Below, in pieces: positions 46,958-56,525 of a stretch of 64,000 nucleotides of DNA. The stretch is taken from the NCBI GenBank assembly GCA_041742075.1, contig JBGSJJ010000013.1, positions 1,801-65,800 on the forward strand, in the 5' to 3' direction. Made by a program: the position numbers and the translations under genes. Each line of letters starts with the position of its first letter. The stretch's first letter is position 1. The notes beneath the pieces were generated by a model that was given only the letters and a program-made list of their open reading frames with translations, had not been told where the DNA came from and did not search any database. The stretch comes from Minisyncoccia bacterium. GTDB lineage: Bacteria > Patescibacteriota > Minisyncoccia > Phycocordibacterales > UBA918.

Positions 46958-47149
46958 ATGAAAACAAACAAGTCTTATACAAAACGCCTCAAGGTCACGA
47001 AAAATGGCAAAATCGTTGCCCGAAAGCAAGGACAGAACCACTTCAATGCTCGCCAAACTGGTCAACAGCGACTTCGCCGAAAGCGAACCCAGCTCCTCAA
47101 CCTCAGTAAGCGAATCACAAGACGGTTTCTTCCTGGCACTGGCGCATAA
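46958..47149 (+). CDS. rpmI: 50S ribosomal protein L35
   Basis: MKTNKSYTKRLKVTKNGK...HF. Confidence 0.95.
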   Translation: MKTNKSYTKRLKVTKNGKIVARKQGQNHFNARQTGQQRLRRKRTQLLNLSKRITRRFLPGTGA

Positions 47150-47188
47150 GCCAACTATTATTAGCAAACTCACCCTACTACATACTAT

Positions 47189-47533
47189 ATGTCACGAGTA
47201 AAAGGAGGCTTAATGGCCAACAAGCGACGTCGCAATATTCTTACACAAGTTAAAGGATACCGACTCGGTCGCTCAAAGAAGAAGCGTCAGGCACGTGAAG
47301 CTATCTACCACGCACAACTGCACTCATTTGCTCACCGCAAAGATAAGAAGAATGACTTCCGTCGACTTTGGATCTCTCGAATCAACGCCGTCTTGAAAAA
47401 CCAAGGATTGCAGTACAGTCGCTTTATCAAGGCTATGGCAGACAAGAGCATCAAGCTCGATCGAAAGATCCTCGCCACCCTCGCTAAAGACCGACCAGAA
47501 TCATTCCAGAGAGTGGTTGATCAAGTAAAGTAA
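47189..47533 (+). CDS. rplT: 50S ribosomal protein L20
   Basis: MSRVKGG, FRRLWISRINA, LDRKILA. Confidence 0.98.
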   Translation: MSRVKGGLMANKRRRNILTQVKGYRLGRSKKKRQAREAIYHAQLHSFAHRKDKKNDFRRLWISRINAVLKNQGLQYSRFIKAMADKSIKLDRKILATLAKDRPESFQRVVDQVK

Positions 47534-47560
47534 TCAAAAGAAGCACTAACACACTACATT

Positions 47561-47595
47561 TAAAACACCCCGCGCCATTGGCGCGGGGTGTTTTA
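47561..47595. terminator. Bidirectional terminator
   Basis: TAAAACACCCCGCGCCA/TGGCGCGGGGTGTTTTA. Confidence 0.85.
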
Positions 47596-47604
47596 CTGTA
47601 TATT

Positions 47605-48003
47605 CTAAAGGAGCTGTAAGAATGCTAAATATAGAAGATATAGACTACCCAAAACAAGTGCCCACAGTGTACCTTGCATTCCTATAATGCGGAATTTGTT
47701 CACGGTATTTTTTTGACTGAGTCCATAGGCGTGCATAATTCTGCCGAAAATTATAACTACACTGTAGCTGACGAGAAACCAGTAGTGTACCCCGGCTGAT
47801 TCAAGTAGGAATAAAATAATAAGTAGGATTGGTACGTATTCACTAAAGTTTCCATGCATACGAATCCTCCGACTCATCAAGTCACTTTCACCCGCCCCTA
47901 AACTCGTGTTTGTTTTTGCCCGAGTGTAAATAGTGAGAAGACTTAATCCAAAAAAGAAGACCCCAAGAATACCGGCTGTTACTAACGTAATTGGAGTTTC
48001 CAT
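47605..48003 (-). CDS. MAPEG family membrane protein
   Basis: RMHGNFSEYVP, GRIMHAYG. Confidence 0.92.
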   Translation of the reverse strand: METPITLVTAGILGVFFFGLSLLTIYTRAKTNTSLGAGESDLMSRRIRMHGNFSEYVPILLIILFLLESAGVHYWFLVSYSVVIIFGRIMHAYGLSQKNTVNKFRIIGMQGTLWALVLGSLYLLYLAFLQLL

Positions 48004-48005
48004 AG

Positions 48006-49364
48006 TTAAAAGTCTATCTCTATCTCCTCGTTCTGACTTGGAGCCACGGCATTGAGCCCAAGGTAGTCACGTAAGCGCTGAACTAAGAAAAGCGATGAAC
48101 GCTCTTCACCCATGGCGACAAACACCTGCTTGGCCTGTTCGCCACCCTTCTGCACTAAGTTAATAAGCTGGTCACGGTCGGCATGTCCGGAGTAGCCCCG
48201 AATGTGCGCAATCTTGGCTTTTACCCGTACCTCCTCACCGTCGATCTTCACCTTAGTTGCGCCATCGCTTAAAACTCTACCGAGGCTACCAACAGCCTGG
48301 TACCCCACCAAAAGGAGCGTGGTATTCTTCTCGCCTAAGTAGCGCTGTTCATGACCTCGAATACGTCCCCCATGACTCATGCCACTGCCGGCGATTATTA
48401 TTTTGGATCCTCGCTCTTCTGAGATAGAGTGTGAGTCTTTGAGGGTACGCGTAAACTTAAGACCTTCAAAATCGAATATATCATCACCTGCCTTAATCTG
48501 ATCTTGTATATCCTGTTTGAGATAGTTAGTATGTCTGCGGTACATTTCAGTTACCTCAATCGCGAGTGGTGAGTCCAAGAAGACTGGTATTGGTTTGATT
48601 TTTCCTGACTCAACGAGGTTATTTATTTCAAGGAGCATGCCCTGCGTACGCTCAAGACTAAAAGCTGGAATAATGAGCGTCCCACCCTTAGCTTGCGTGT
48701 CTTCTATATGCCCTTGGAGTAAATTGGTTCGCTCTGCCACATCTTCATGAAGTCGGTCACCGTACACACTTTCCATAACCAGATATTGGTACTCGGTCGG
48801 AATGACTGGAGCATCAAGTAGTGGTTGTGGGATATTGCCAATATCACCGGTAAATACGATCTTTTTTTCACCTCGAGTAAAATGCACCATACCAGAACCA
48901 AGAATGTGTCCCGCGTCAGTGTACCAAGCAGTAATCTCGTCTGGTAGTGATATTTTTTCATCATACGAAACAGTCTTCCACAGGGACAGAGCTGAGTCGA
49001 TGTCATGCATTTCATACAGCACATCTGCACCATACTGCTCTTTTTCGTACTGCATAACCTTGAGAGCATCCCGCAGCATCAGGTTGGCAAAGTCTTTGGT
49101 TGGTGTGGTTGAGTAAATCACTCCTTTAAAACCATCTTTGACGAGCTTTGGAATCCGTCCAATATGATCTGCGTGCGCATGGGTGACCATAAGTACATCA
49201 ACCTGAGCTGGTTCATACGGAAATGGTAGTGCATTAATTGCTTGGGCAAACCGATCACCCTGCACGAGTCCACAGTCAACTAAAATCGCTACCTTGCCCG
49301 TATCGAGCATAAAGTTAGCCCCCGTTACACTCCCTACTCCTCCATAGAATCCTAATGTCGACAT
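48006..49364 (-). CDS. MBL-fold beta-CASP ribonuclease
   Basis: THAHADHIG, AGHILGS, MESVYG, SGMSHGGR, SGHAD. Confidence 0.93.
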   Translation of the reverse strand: MSTLGFYGGVGSVTGANFMLDTGKVAILVDCGLVQGDRFAQAINALPFPYEPAQVDVLMVTHAHADHIGRIPKLVKDGFKGVIYSTTPTKDFANLMLRDALKVMQYEKEQYGADVLYEMHDIDSALSLWKTVSYDEKISLPDEITAWYTDAGHILGSGMVHFTRGEKKIVFTGDIGNIPQPLLDAPVIPTEYQYLVMESVYGDRLHEDVAERTNLLQGHIEDTQAKGGTLIIPAFSLERTQGMLLEINNLVESGKIKPIPVFLDSPLAIEVTEMYRRHTNYLKQDIQDQIKAGDDIFDFEGLKFTRTLKDSHSISEERGSKIIIAGSGMSHGGRIRGHEQRYLGEKNTTLLLVGYQAVGSLGRVLSDGATKVKIDGEEVRVKAKIAHIRGYSGHADRDQLINLVQKGGEQAKQVFVAMGEERSSLFLVQRLRDYLGLNAVAPSQNEEIEIDF

Positions 49365-49370
49365 GCTGTG

Positions 49371-49751
49371 TTACGTTAAATCTTGCAAACCTTTTCCTAC
49401 AGTATACCCCACCGCTCCACCGAGAAGTCCCACGAAAATATCTCCAAGCGTGTCGGCAATGTAGTTTACTTTCATGACTTCAGTGATGGTAAATTGAAAA
49501 ACCTCCCAGGTAATTGCCACAATAAATACAATACTAAGTGTCACTGCCAGTCTGTTCATAATCCAGACTGGAAGCAGGCGGAGCTCAACGGCAGTGTAGA
49601 GACCTAAGACCACCGTTGCCCCACCGAAAATATGCATCGGGATATCAAACCACCAGATTTGCCAGTAGAGATAGAGTTTCAGCGCAATATAGTGAAGAAC
49701 CGAAAGTAAGCTGGCACAAATAAGAAAAATTATAGTGGCTGGCTTTAGCAT
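49371..49751 (-). CDS. Membrane protein (VanZ/DUF2238-like)
   Basis: WFDIPMH, WE, DTLGD motifs, four TMs. Confidence 0.7.
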   Translation of the reverse strand: MLKPATIIFLICASLLSVLHYIALKLYLYWQIWWFDIPMHIFGGATVVLGLYTAVELRLLPVWIMNRLAVTLSIVFIVAITWEVFQFTITEVMKVNYIADTLGDIFVGLLGGAVGYTVGKGLQDLT

Positions 49752-49812
49752 AAATAGTCTATACCTAAAATAGTAGCACAAAAAAAGCCCTCCTTGGGGG
49801 AGAGCGTTTTTG

Positions 49813-49962
49813 GCGGAACCACTACGTATGCTCCTCCTGAAAAACAGGTGGGTACCCTATCCGAGTTGGGTCTGAAATCCGTTACCGGGCCTCATATCGT
49901 CTCGCGAAATTAGGCAACCCTGAGCAATTACTTAAGCGGAACATACGTAGAGATGGTTCCGC
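49813..49962 (-). ncRNA. ssrS: 6S RNA-like
   Basis: 5' GCGGAACCA..CTACGTATGTTCC pairs with 3' GGAGCATACGTAGTGGTTCCGC; internal GGGTACCCACCTG resembles the Firmicute 6S motif GGGCACCCACCTG; TATACT -10 upstream. Confidence 0.7.
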
Positions 49963-49975
49963 AATTAAGTATATC

Positions 49976-50013
49976 AAAAAAATAGCCGGCCCCAAAGGGG
50001 CCGGCTATTTTTT
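49976..50013 (-). terminator. Terminator after ndk
   Basis: AAAATAGCCGGCCCC/GGGGCCGGCTATTTT. Confidence 0.85.
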
Positions 50014-50025
50014 ATCTACATAGGA

Positions 50026-50634
50026 TTAGACGGTAGGCACATCAAAATGTACGTCGTACATAATTCGTTCTTGAGCGGTCACGTATTCCATGATTTCATT
50101 TTCAGTAAACCAAATTGTGGTTTCTCGCTCCGCTTCCTCTGGTGATTCTGAACAGTGGATGAGATTTCGAACTGCTCGATCTTCGTAGGCAGAATGACCA
50201 TACGAGTCAATGGTGAAGTCACCACGAATCGTACCGACGTCTGACGTTGCCGGCTCAGTGGTACCAACCAGCTTTGTTACCACTGCCACTGATTGGTTGC
50301 CTTCAAGTACCATCATCACGACGGGAGCAGCCGTCATGTAGTGAACGATGGTTCGGATAATATCCTTTCCGTACTCAATTGGTTCCTTAGTAATCGTTGT
50401 TCCTTGTGCTTTTAAGTCTTCAACAATCCGCGTACCTTTTTTTAAAAACCAGGCATCATCTTTGTTGTAGTGCTTGAGGAGTTGCGCTTCAGTCGGTACT
50501 GCCATTTTCATAGCAACAAACTTCAGGCCAGTTCGTTCAAAACGGCCAATTACTTCACCCATCAGTGACCGTTGGACCGTGTCAGGTTTTAGAATTACAA
50601 ACGTTCGTTCTTGATGTGGTTTACGCGATGCCAT
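50026..50634 (-). CDS. ndk: Nucleoside-diphosphate kinase
   Basis: ERTFVILKPD, GTIRGDF, NLIHCS. Confidence 0.95.
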   Translation of the reverse strand: MASRKPHQERTFVILKPDTVQRSLMGEVIGRFERTGLKFVAMKMAVPTEAQLLKHYNKDDAWFLKKGTRIVEDLKAQGTTITKEPIEYGKDIIRTIVHYMTAAPVVMMVLEGNQSVAVVTKLVGTTEPATSDVGTIRGDFTIDSYGHSAYEDRAVRNLIHCSESPEEAERETTIWFTENEIMEYVTAQERIMYDVHFDVPTV

Positions 50635-50717
50635 AACAAAATTTAGATTAAAAATATGCTCGCAGTATACAGTAGAATTGATTTTTTTCAATCTTTTATC
50701 TGAGGCTCAGAGTAGTG

Positions 50718-51485
50718 TTAGACAAGGGTAAGAATTTCCGGGCCGTCATCCGTTATCAAAACTGTATGCTCCATATGGGCTGAGAGTGAGCCGTCCTTAG
50801 TAACCGCAGTATAGCCGTCTTCGAGCACTTCAACGTCTATTCCGCCAAGTGTGATCATTGGTTCAATCGCGAGCACCATACCTGCCTCAAGTTTTGGACT
50901 CGGTCCCTTCATAACAAAGTTAGGTACAATCGGCTCTTCATGCAGTGAGTAACCAACACCGTGCCCACAAAAAGTTTCGATGATACCAAACTTTTTTCCG
51001 ACCGCCTTTTCGATAGCTGCACCAATGTCGCGTACATGAGCGCCCGGCTTGGCAGCGTCAATTCCAGCGCTCAGTGCACGCTTGGTGACGTCTATCAGTG
51101 CTTGCACTTCTTTGCTTACTCTACCCACTCCTACGGTTCGAGCTGAATCAAGCACAAAACCTTGGTACCCAATCACTAAGTCAATTGAAACTACATCGCC
51201 ATCTTCAAAAGTTTGCGGATGCTCGTTCGGGATACCGTGTACCACCACGTCGTTAATAGACACACAGGTGGCTGCCGGATAAGGCCGTGGTGCAAAGCCG
51301 GCGTGATAGCCAAGAATCATAGGCTCAACACCATACTCTTCAATCAGTTCCATCGCTCGGTCATCTATATCGAGCGTTGTGTTCCCAGCAACAGCAAGTT
51401 TCTCCAAGTCATTTAAAATAGTAGCGAGAATTTTCCCTCCCGCCCGCATGATTTCAATTTCTTCAGCTGTTTTTATAGCAATCAT
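50718..51485 (-). CDS. map: Methionine aminopeptidase type I
   Basis: SINDVVVHGIP, DSART, GHGVG..LHEEP, AIEPM, AHMEHT. Confidence 0.97.
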   Translation of the reverse strand: MIAIKTAEEIEIMRAGGKILATILNDLEKLAVAGNTTLDIDDRAMELIEEYGVEPMILGYHAGFAPRPYPAATCVSINDVVVHGIPNEHPQTFEDGDVVSIDLVIGYQGFVLDSARTVGVGRVSKEVQALIDVTKRALSAGIDAAKPGAHVRDIGAAIEKAVGKKFGIIETFCGHGVGYSLHEEPIVPNFVMKGPSPKLEAGMVLAIEPMITLGGIDVEVLEDGYTAVTKDGSLSAHMEHTVLITDDGPEILTLV

Positions 51486-52081
51486 TGAGGCAAGTTAAGT
51501 GCCGAGACAATCTGAGCATGCACTCCATCAATAGTATCAAGCCCGTCGATGTCATGCACGGTTGTGTTCGGCCGGTTACGATAGTACGCAAGCACCGGGA
51601 GTGTTTCTTCACGATACCACTTCAAACGAGCCTCAATTGAGTCAGGGGTGTCGTCTGTTCTGGCCCGTGAAGCCATTCGAGCACGAACTACTTCTTCTGG
51701 TGTCTCAAGGTTTATGATAGTGACTATATCTCTATTGTAAAAAGTTAGGGCACTTTCAAGCACACGAGCTTCATCAACCACTCGCGGAAAACCATCAATC
51801 AGTAAGTGGCGTTTCTCGCTTAGGTGCTCGCGCATCGCGTCTCCCCAGAGTGCTACAGAAAGGAACAGTGGTTGCAGAATACCGCTATTTAGCGTCTCAG
51901 CCACATGCTCTTCTGTGTAGCCCTCACCCTTTGCGGCGAGCGCCCGGAAGCGACGACCAGTCTGAATGTCGACTACCCGGTTCGTGGGATCGAGTGCCGA
52001 CAAGACTGCATCGAGCTTATCAATCTGAGTTCCTTTACCACTTCCCTGCGGTCCGATGAAAATAATAGTGAATGGTTGCAT
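51482..52081 (-). CDS. adk: Adenylate kinase family protein
   Basis: GPQGSGKGTQ, IDGFPR, RTDD. Confidence 0.85.
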   Translation of the reverse strand: MQPFTIIFIGPQGSGKGTQIDKLDAVLSALDPTNRVVDIQTGRRFRALAAKGEGYTEEHVAETLNSGILQPLFLSVALWGDAMREHLSEKRHLLIDGFPRVVDEARVLESALTFYNRDIVTIINLETPEEVVRARMASRARTDDTPDSIEARLKWYREETLPVLAYYRNRPNTTVHDIDGLDTIDGVHAQIVSALNLPQ

Positions 52082-52084
52082 GAT

Positions 52085-52657
52085 CTAAGTAGCTAGGTAG
52101 TTAAAAATTTGTTGTTGGACGATATTTGGAGCTTGTTCACCATCTATTTCTATCAAGGTTCCTTTCGTTCTAAAGTATTCTATCGAGTGAGCAGTATAGG
52201 TATGGTATTCCTCTAGTCGCTTTTCCACTGACTTTTCTGAATCAACGATATCTCTTGAGCGCGCCGCGCTTCGCTTCCGTACTTCCTCATCTGATATGGC
52301 CAGATGGAAAACAACGTACTGACGGTCAACCCATTCGTGAATTTCATGAAATAACTCTGCTTCGTTGGGCTTTTTTGCAACAGCTTCAAAGACGACACGC
52401 TCATGTTCAAACTGACTCACGAGGGCGTGCGTCATCCAGTACGAGGCTATCCACTCGGGCATTAAATACCCTCCTTCATACATCTCCTTCATCTTCAAAC
52501 CAAACGTGGTTGGCAACGTAGCGCTTTCGCGCACCTTATTTCCATTAGAATACAACGAGCCTCCGAAGTGCTCTAAGATGGCGTGAGCCTGAGTACCTTT
52601 ACCTGAGGCTATCTTGCCCATGAGCACGATACTTTGATATTTTGTTTTGTATTCCAT
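52085..52657 (-). CDS. Second, divergent adenylate-kinase-family NMP kinase
   Basis: GKIASGKGTQ; DGFPR replaced by EAVAK. Confidence 0.8.
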   Translation of the reverse strand: MEYKTKYQSIVLMGKIASGKGTQAHAILEHFGGSLYSNGNKVRESATLPTTFGLKMKEMYEGGYLMPEWIASYWMTHALVSQFEHERVVFEAVAKKPNEAELFHEIHEWVDRQYVVFHLAISDEEVRKRSAARSRDIVDSEKSVEKRLEEYHTYTAHSIEYFRTKGTLIEIDGEQAPNIVQQQIFNYLAT

Positions 52658-52734
52658 ACTTTGCATAGAGTACCAATTTTTTCAAGTTCTGCAATCTAAG
52701 GCTCACGCTAAAGATGTGGTATGCTGAAAACGCA

Positions 52735-53355
52735 ATGAAGAAAAAACACATCATTACTATTTCCGGGAAACCCGGCAGTGGCAAGTCATCTACTGCAGAC
52801 AAGGTAGCCGAACTCCTTGGCTACACGCGCTACTCCTCAGGTGACTTTGTCCGGACGATTATACGAAAACGAGGTATTTCGCTCGCCGAGTTCAATAAAA
52901 AAGCGAGTACCGACCATACGATTGATGAAGAAATTGACGAAGAACTTCGAAAACTGCGTGACCAAAAAGAAATCATCATCGACTCACGCCTCGGATTCTA
53001 CTGGATACCCGAATCGTTTAAGGTCTATCTTGACCTCGACATGGACGTCGCCACCGCGCGTATCTACAAAGACACGGTCTCAAACGCTAGCCGAAGTAGC
53101 ACTGAATCTGGTGCCACTATTGGTGAAGTGCAGGCGATGGTCCAGGAACGTCTTAAAAACGAACAGGAGCGCTTCCAGTCGCTCTATGGGGTGAATCCAT
53201 ATAGTCGTCGGCATTTTGACCTCATCATCAACACCTCCCGCCATAGCCCACAAACCGTTGCGCTTACCGTCTACGACACCTATCGCAGATGGCTAGAGTC
53301 AGAAACCTGGAAGCAAGAAATCAGTGAAATTCCACTTGGTTTTTCCCTGCAGTAG
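52735..53355 (+). CDS. cmk: Cytidylate kinase (archaeal-type family)
   Basis: ITISGKPGSGKS, SSGD..R, DSRLG, R...YG. Confidence 0.8.
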   Translation: MKKKHIITISGKPGSGKSSTADKVAELLGYTRYSSGDFVRTIIRKRGISLAEFNKKASTDHTIDEEIDEELRKLRDQKEIIIDSRLGFYWIPESFKVYLDLDMDVATARIYKDTVSNASRSSTESGATIGEVQAMVQERLKNEQERFQSLYGVNPYSRRHFDLIINTSRHSPQTVALTVYDTYRRWLESETWKQEISEIPLGFSLQ

Positions 53356-53438
53356 TTAATCTTTCTGCAGTGTCAAAGTAAAATTTTTACTAACAAGCCC
53401 TGTGGGTTGCGTGAGTAGTAAATCGTTTTAGACGAGGC

Positions 53439-53478
53439 GAACAAGAAAAAAGACCCTATAGGGTCTTTTTTCTTGTTC
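53439..53478. terminator. Bidirectional terminator between cmk and secY
   Basis: GAACAAGAAAAAAGACCCTA/TAGGGTCTTTTTTCTTGTTC. Confidence 0.85.
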
Positions 53479-53489
53479 TTATCTAACAA

Positions 53490-53617
53490 CTCAGGGGATG
53501 AGAAAAATTTTCTGAGACGAGGCAGGCGAAGAAATTATTGTGAGACGTACAAGAGTACGATGAACAATAATTTACTGAAGCCTAACGAAGTATCAGGAAA
53601 TTTTAATATTCCCTGAG
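53490..53617. repeat. Palindromic element A at the secY 3' end
   Basis: Nested arms CTCAGGGGA/TTCCCTGAG, AAAATTTTCTGA/TCAGGAAATTTT, AAATTATTGT/ACAATAATTT, CGTAC/GTACG. Confidence 0.7.
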
Positions 53618-54877
53618 GGAGACTTGGGCGTCGACTCGGCGTATCAGGTCAAGTACTACTGAAACCACAATGAGTAACGCAGTACCACCAATGGCGAGAG
53701 ATGCCACTCCGGTCAATACCTGCATACCAACTGGCAAGACCGCAATCAACGCGAGGAAACTTGCCCCCACGAGCGTCAAACGAGTAATCAAGTTACCGAG
53801 GTACTCAGACGTATGAGCACCTGGACGAATTCCTGGTACAAACGCTCCGTTTCGTTGGAGGTTCTTGGAGATTTGGTCTGGGTCAAAGGTTACTGCGGTG
53901 TAGAAGAAGGTAAAGAGGAATACCAGTAGGAAGTAGGCACCACCATAAATGTACTGATTAGCGAGAATCGCGTTGACTTGGTTAATTGCTCCCGGGACCC
54001 ACGGCAAGTCAAACGCTGACAGGATGTTTAGAATCATTTGTGGGAAGAGAAGGATAGAGAGTGCAAAGATGATTGGGATAACACCAGCTTGGTTTAAGCG
54101 AAGCGGGAGGTATGACTGACTACTGCCATAGGTCTTACCGCCACGTACTTGCTTGGCGTAGGTAATCGGCACCGGGCGTTCGGCCTCGGTCATTACCACT
54201 ACCGCGTAAATAATAGCGAGAGCTGCAAACACAAAGCCGACATAGAGTGGGAGCTGGGCTGGGTCAGTAAAGGCATACGCGAGCTGACTAGCAGTCTGCG
54301 GTAGGCCAGCCACAATACCGGCGAAGATGATGATTGACACACCGTTTCCAATACCGAACTCCGTTACGAGCTCTCCAATCCACATGAGAAGTATCGAACC
54401 AGCCACAATCAAGATTACGTTTACAATAAACTCAAAGGTTGAAAGTCCAGTGATAACTCCCTGACTCTGGAGGAGGGTCAAGAAACCGAAGCCTTGCAGG
54501 ATAGCGAGTGGAAGCGTGAGCATCCGACCGTACTGCATAAACTTAGCGCGCCCTGACTCACCGTCTTCTGAATACATAGTCTTTAAGGCCGGTGACATCA
54601 CGGTCAAAAGTTGCATGATGATTGAAGCCGTAATGTACGGACCAACACCAAGCATTACAATTGAGAGGTTAGCGAGGCCACCACCAGAGAAGATATTTAA
54701 GAGGCCAAGAAATTGGTTGTTCTCAAAGAATTGTGCAAGCACCGTTTGGTCTACGCCAGGAATTGGAATAGCTGCGAGCGCTCGGAAGATAACTAAGGCC
54801 AGCAAAACGAAGAGGATTCGGTTACGAATCGACTTGTCGGTGAACATTATCTTGAGCTTATGAATGAATGTTTGCAT
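53603..54877 (-). CDS. secY: Preprotein translocase SecY
   Basis: LGVGPYITASIIMQLL, GIGNGVS, NQAGVIPIIFA, PGIRPG, GGTALLIVV. Confidence 0.98.
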   Translation of the reverse strand: MQTFIHKLKIMFTDKSIRNRILFVLLALVIFRALAAIPIPGVDQTVLAQFFENNQFLGLLNIFSGGGLANLSIVMLGVGPYITASIIMQLLTVMSPALKTMYSEDGESGRAKFMQYGRMLTLPLAILQGFGFLTLLQSQGVITGLSTFEFIVNVILIVAGSILLMWIGELVTEFGIGNGVSIIIFAGIVAGLPQTASQLAYAFTDPAQLPLYVGFVFAALAIIYAVVVMTEAERPVPITYAKQVRGGKTYGSSQSYLPLRLNQAGVIPIIFALSILLFPQMILNILSAFDLPWVPGAINQVNAILANQYIYGGAYFLLVFLFTFFYTAVTFDPDQISKNLQRNGAFVPGIRPGAHTSEYLGNLITRLTLVGASFLALIAVLPVGMQVLTGVASLAIGGTALLIVVSVVLDLIRRVDAQVSLREY

Positions 54878-54896
54878 AATTGTTTAGTATACCTTA

Positions 54897-55346
54897 CTAG
54901 GCTACGGTCCCGCCAACTGCTTCTATCTTGGCCTTGGCTGATTCAGAAACCTCGCAGGCAATAATCATGAGCTTCTTGGTGAGCGTACCGGTACCAAGAA
55001 TCTTCACTGTTGGTGGCTTCTTGCGGCGAAGTGAGAGTACACCAGCTGACACGAGGGTCTTTGGACTTACGGTTGCACCTGCTTCAAAAGCTGTTTCAAG
55101 CGCGCTCACGTTCACCACTTCTGGGCGAATTCGCTCATTATTTACCGTCTGAGCACGGTTCTTACCGTGTCCACGAAGCTTTGGAAGCTTCTTGATGATG
55201 TCGCGCATTTCTGGTCGTGTACTGTTACCAGCACGGGCTGTCTGACCCTTCATACCTCTACCAGAGGTCTTTCCGCGCTTACCGCCACGCCCGATGCGCT
55301 TTCCGGTCTTGCGAATTTTTGTAGGTTGTAAATCGTGTAATTGCAT
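54897..55346 (-). CDS. rplO: 50S ribosomal protein L15
   Basis: RIGRGGKRGKTSGRGMKGQ. Confidence 0.97.
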   Translation of the reverse strand: MQLHDLQPTKIRKTGKRIGRGGKRGKTSGRGMKGQTARAGNSTRPEMRDIIKKLPKLRGHGKNRAQTVNNERIRPEVVNVSALETAFEAGATVSPKTLVSAGVLSLRRKKPPTVKILGTGTLTKKLMIIACEVSESAKAKIEAVGGTVA

Positions 55347-55356
55347 ATTGTTGTAG

Positions 55357-56001
55357 TTAGGCTTTAAGTTGCTTAAGCGCCTCTACTGCTGCGCGAGCGT
55401 TGTTAAGCTTGTTCTTTGAACGAGAGAAGATTTTGGCTGTTACGTCTTTGACGCCACCGAGCTCGAGCACGGTACGAACTGACGAACCAGCTACGAGTCC
55501 ACGGCCTGGAGCCGGCATAATCATAACTTCACTTGAAGCGTATTTTACCTGGACGTCGTGCGGGATGTGACTATCTTTGTTCATTGGGATAGTAATCATG
55601 TTCTTTTTAGCGTCGCGCATTGCTTTTTCAATCGCAAGCTGAGTATCACCGGCTTTACCGATACCAACGCCTACCTTTCCTTTCTTGTCTCCCAAGACCA
55701 TCGCAACTGAGAAAGAGAATCGTCGTCCGCCAGCCATAACTCGAGTTACTCGACGAATACTGATGATTTTCTGTTCGAACTCTTGACGAGGTCGTTCTTC
55801 GCGACGTCCACCGCGCCGTGGCCGGCGTGGGTTACGCTTATCATTACTCTGACCACGCGGACCGTACGGACGATCACCCGGCGTTGCTGGGGTCGTTGTG
55901 TCGGCAGCGGGTGCATCGGTAGCAGTCACTTCTTCGACTGCTGGTGTTGAGGCAGTGGTTCCTTCCTCAACAGTTGTAGCTTCCTGCTTTGTTTCACTCA
56001 T
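55357..56001 (-). CDS. rpsE: 30S ribosomal protein S5
   Basis: RRVTRVMAGGRRFSF, PAPGRGLVAG. Confidence 0.98.
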   Translation of the reverse strand: MSETKQEATTVEEGTTASTPAVEEVTATDAPAADTTTPATPGDRPYGPRGQSNDKRNPRRPRRGGRREERPRQEFEQKIISIRRVTRVMAGGRRFSFSVAMVLGDKKGKVGVGIGKAGDTQLAIEKAMRDAKKNMITIPMNKDSHIPHDVQVKYASSEVMIMPAPGRGLVAGSSVRTVLELGGVKDVTAKIFSRSKNKLNNARAAVEALKQLKA

Positions 56002-56027
56002 AACGTAACTAAAATTAACTTCGATAA

Positions 56028-56378
56028 TTAAAAGACCAGTCCTTCAGTTCGAGCACCTTCGGCGACCGCTTTCACGACACCGATGTACTTAAAGCCTCCT
56101 CGGTCAAACACGATGGTGGTTACACCAAGCTTCTTTGCCTTTGAGGCAATCTCAGCACCAACTTCAGTTCCCTTAAGAAGCAAGGTCGCTCCTTTGGCAG
56201 TTCGTGAGTCAGCACTCGCAATAGTGGTAGCTGTATCGTCGTTGATGAGCTGGGCGTAGATAGCTCGGTTACTGCGGAACACCGCTAAGCGAGGCTTTGT
56301 AGCTGTACCAATCACCCGAGCGCGGATACGCGCATGGCGGCGAACACGGCTGTCTTTCTTTTGTGTTGCAGATTTCAT
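56028..56378 (-). CDS. rplR: 50S ribosomal protein L18
   Basis: PRLAVFRSN, VFDRGGFKY. Confidence 0.98.
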   Translation of the reverse strand: MKSATQKKDSRVRRHARIRARVIGTATKPRLAVFRSNRAIYAQLINDDTATTIASADSRTAKGATLLLKGTEVGAEIASKAKKLGVTTIVFDRGGFKYIGVVKAVAEGARTEGLVF

Positions 56379-56392
56379 AGTTTTGCTTGAAT

Positions 56393-56525
56393 CGTATAAA
56401 AGTTTTAGTTTGAGATGCAGTGCGAGGCGCGAGTCAAAATTTTTACGAGGCGTATGTAGGTATACGGTGAGTAAAAATTTTGATGAAGCAACAAAGCAAT
56501 GCGCTCAAATAAACTTTTTTATACG
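56393..56525. repeat. Palindromic element B at the rplF 3' end
   Basis: CGTATAAAAGTTT/AAACTTTTTTATACG, TCAAAATTTTTAC/GTAAAAATTTTGA, CGTAT/ATACG arms. Confidence 0.7.

Noticed and set aside
55346-55357. Missing rpmD (L30) as a novelty
   Set aside because: Known general feature of CPR; used only as a taxonomic clue
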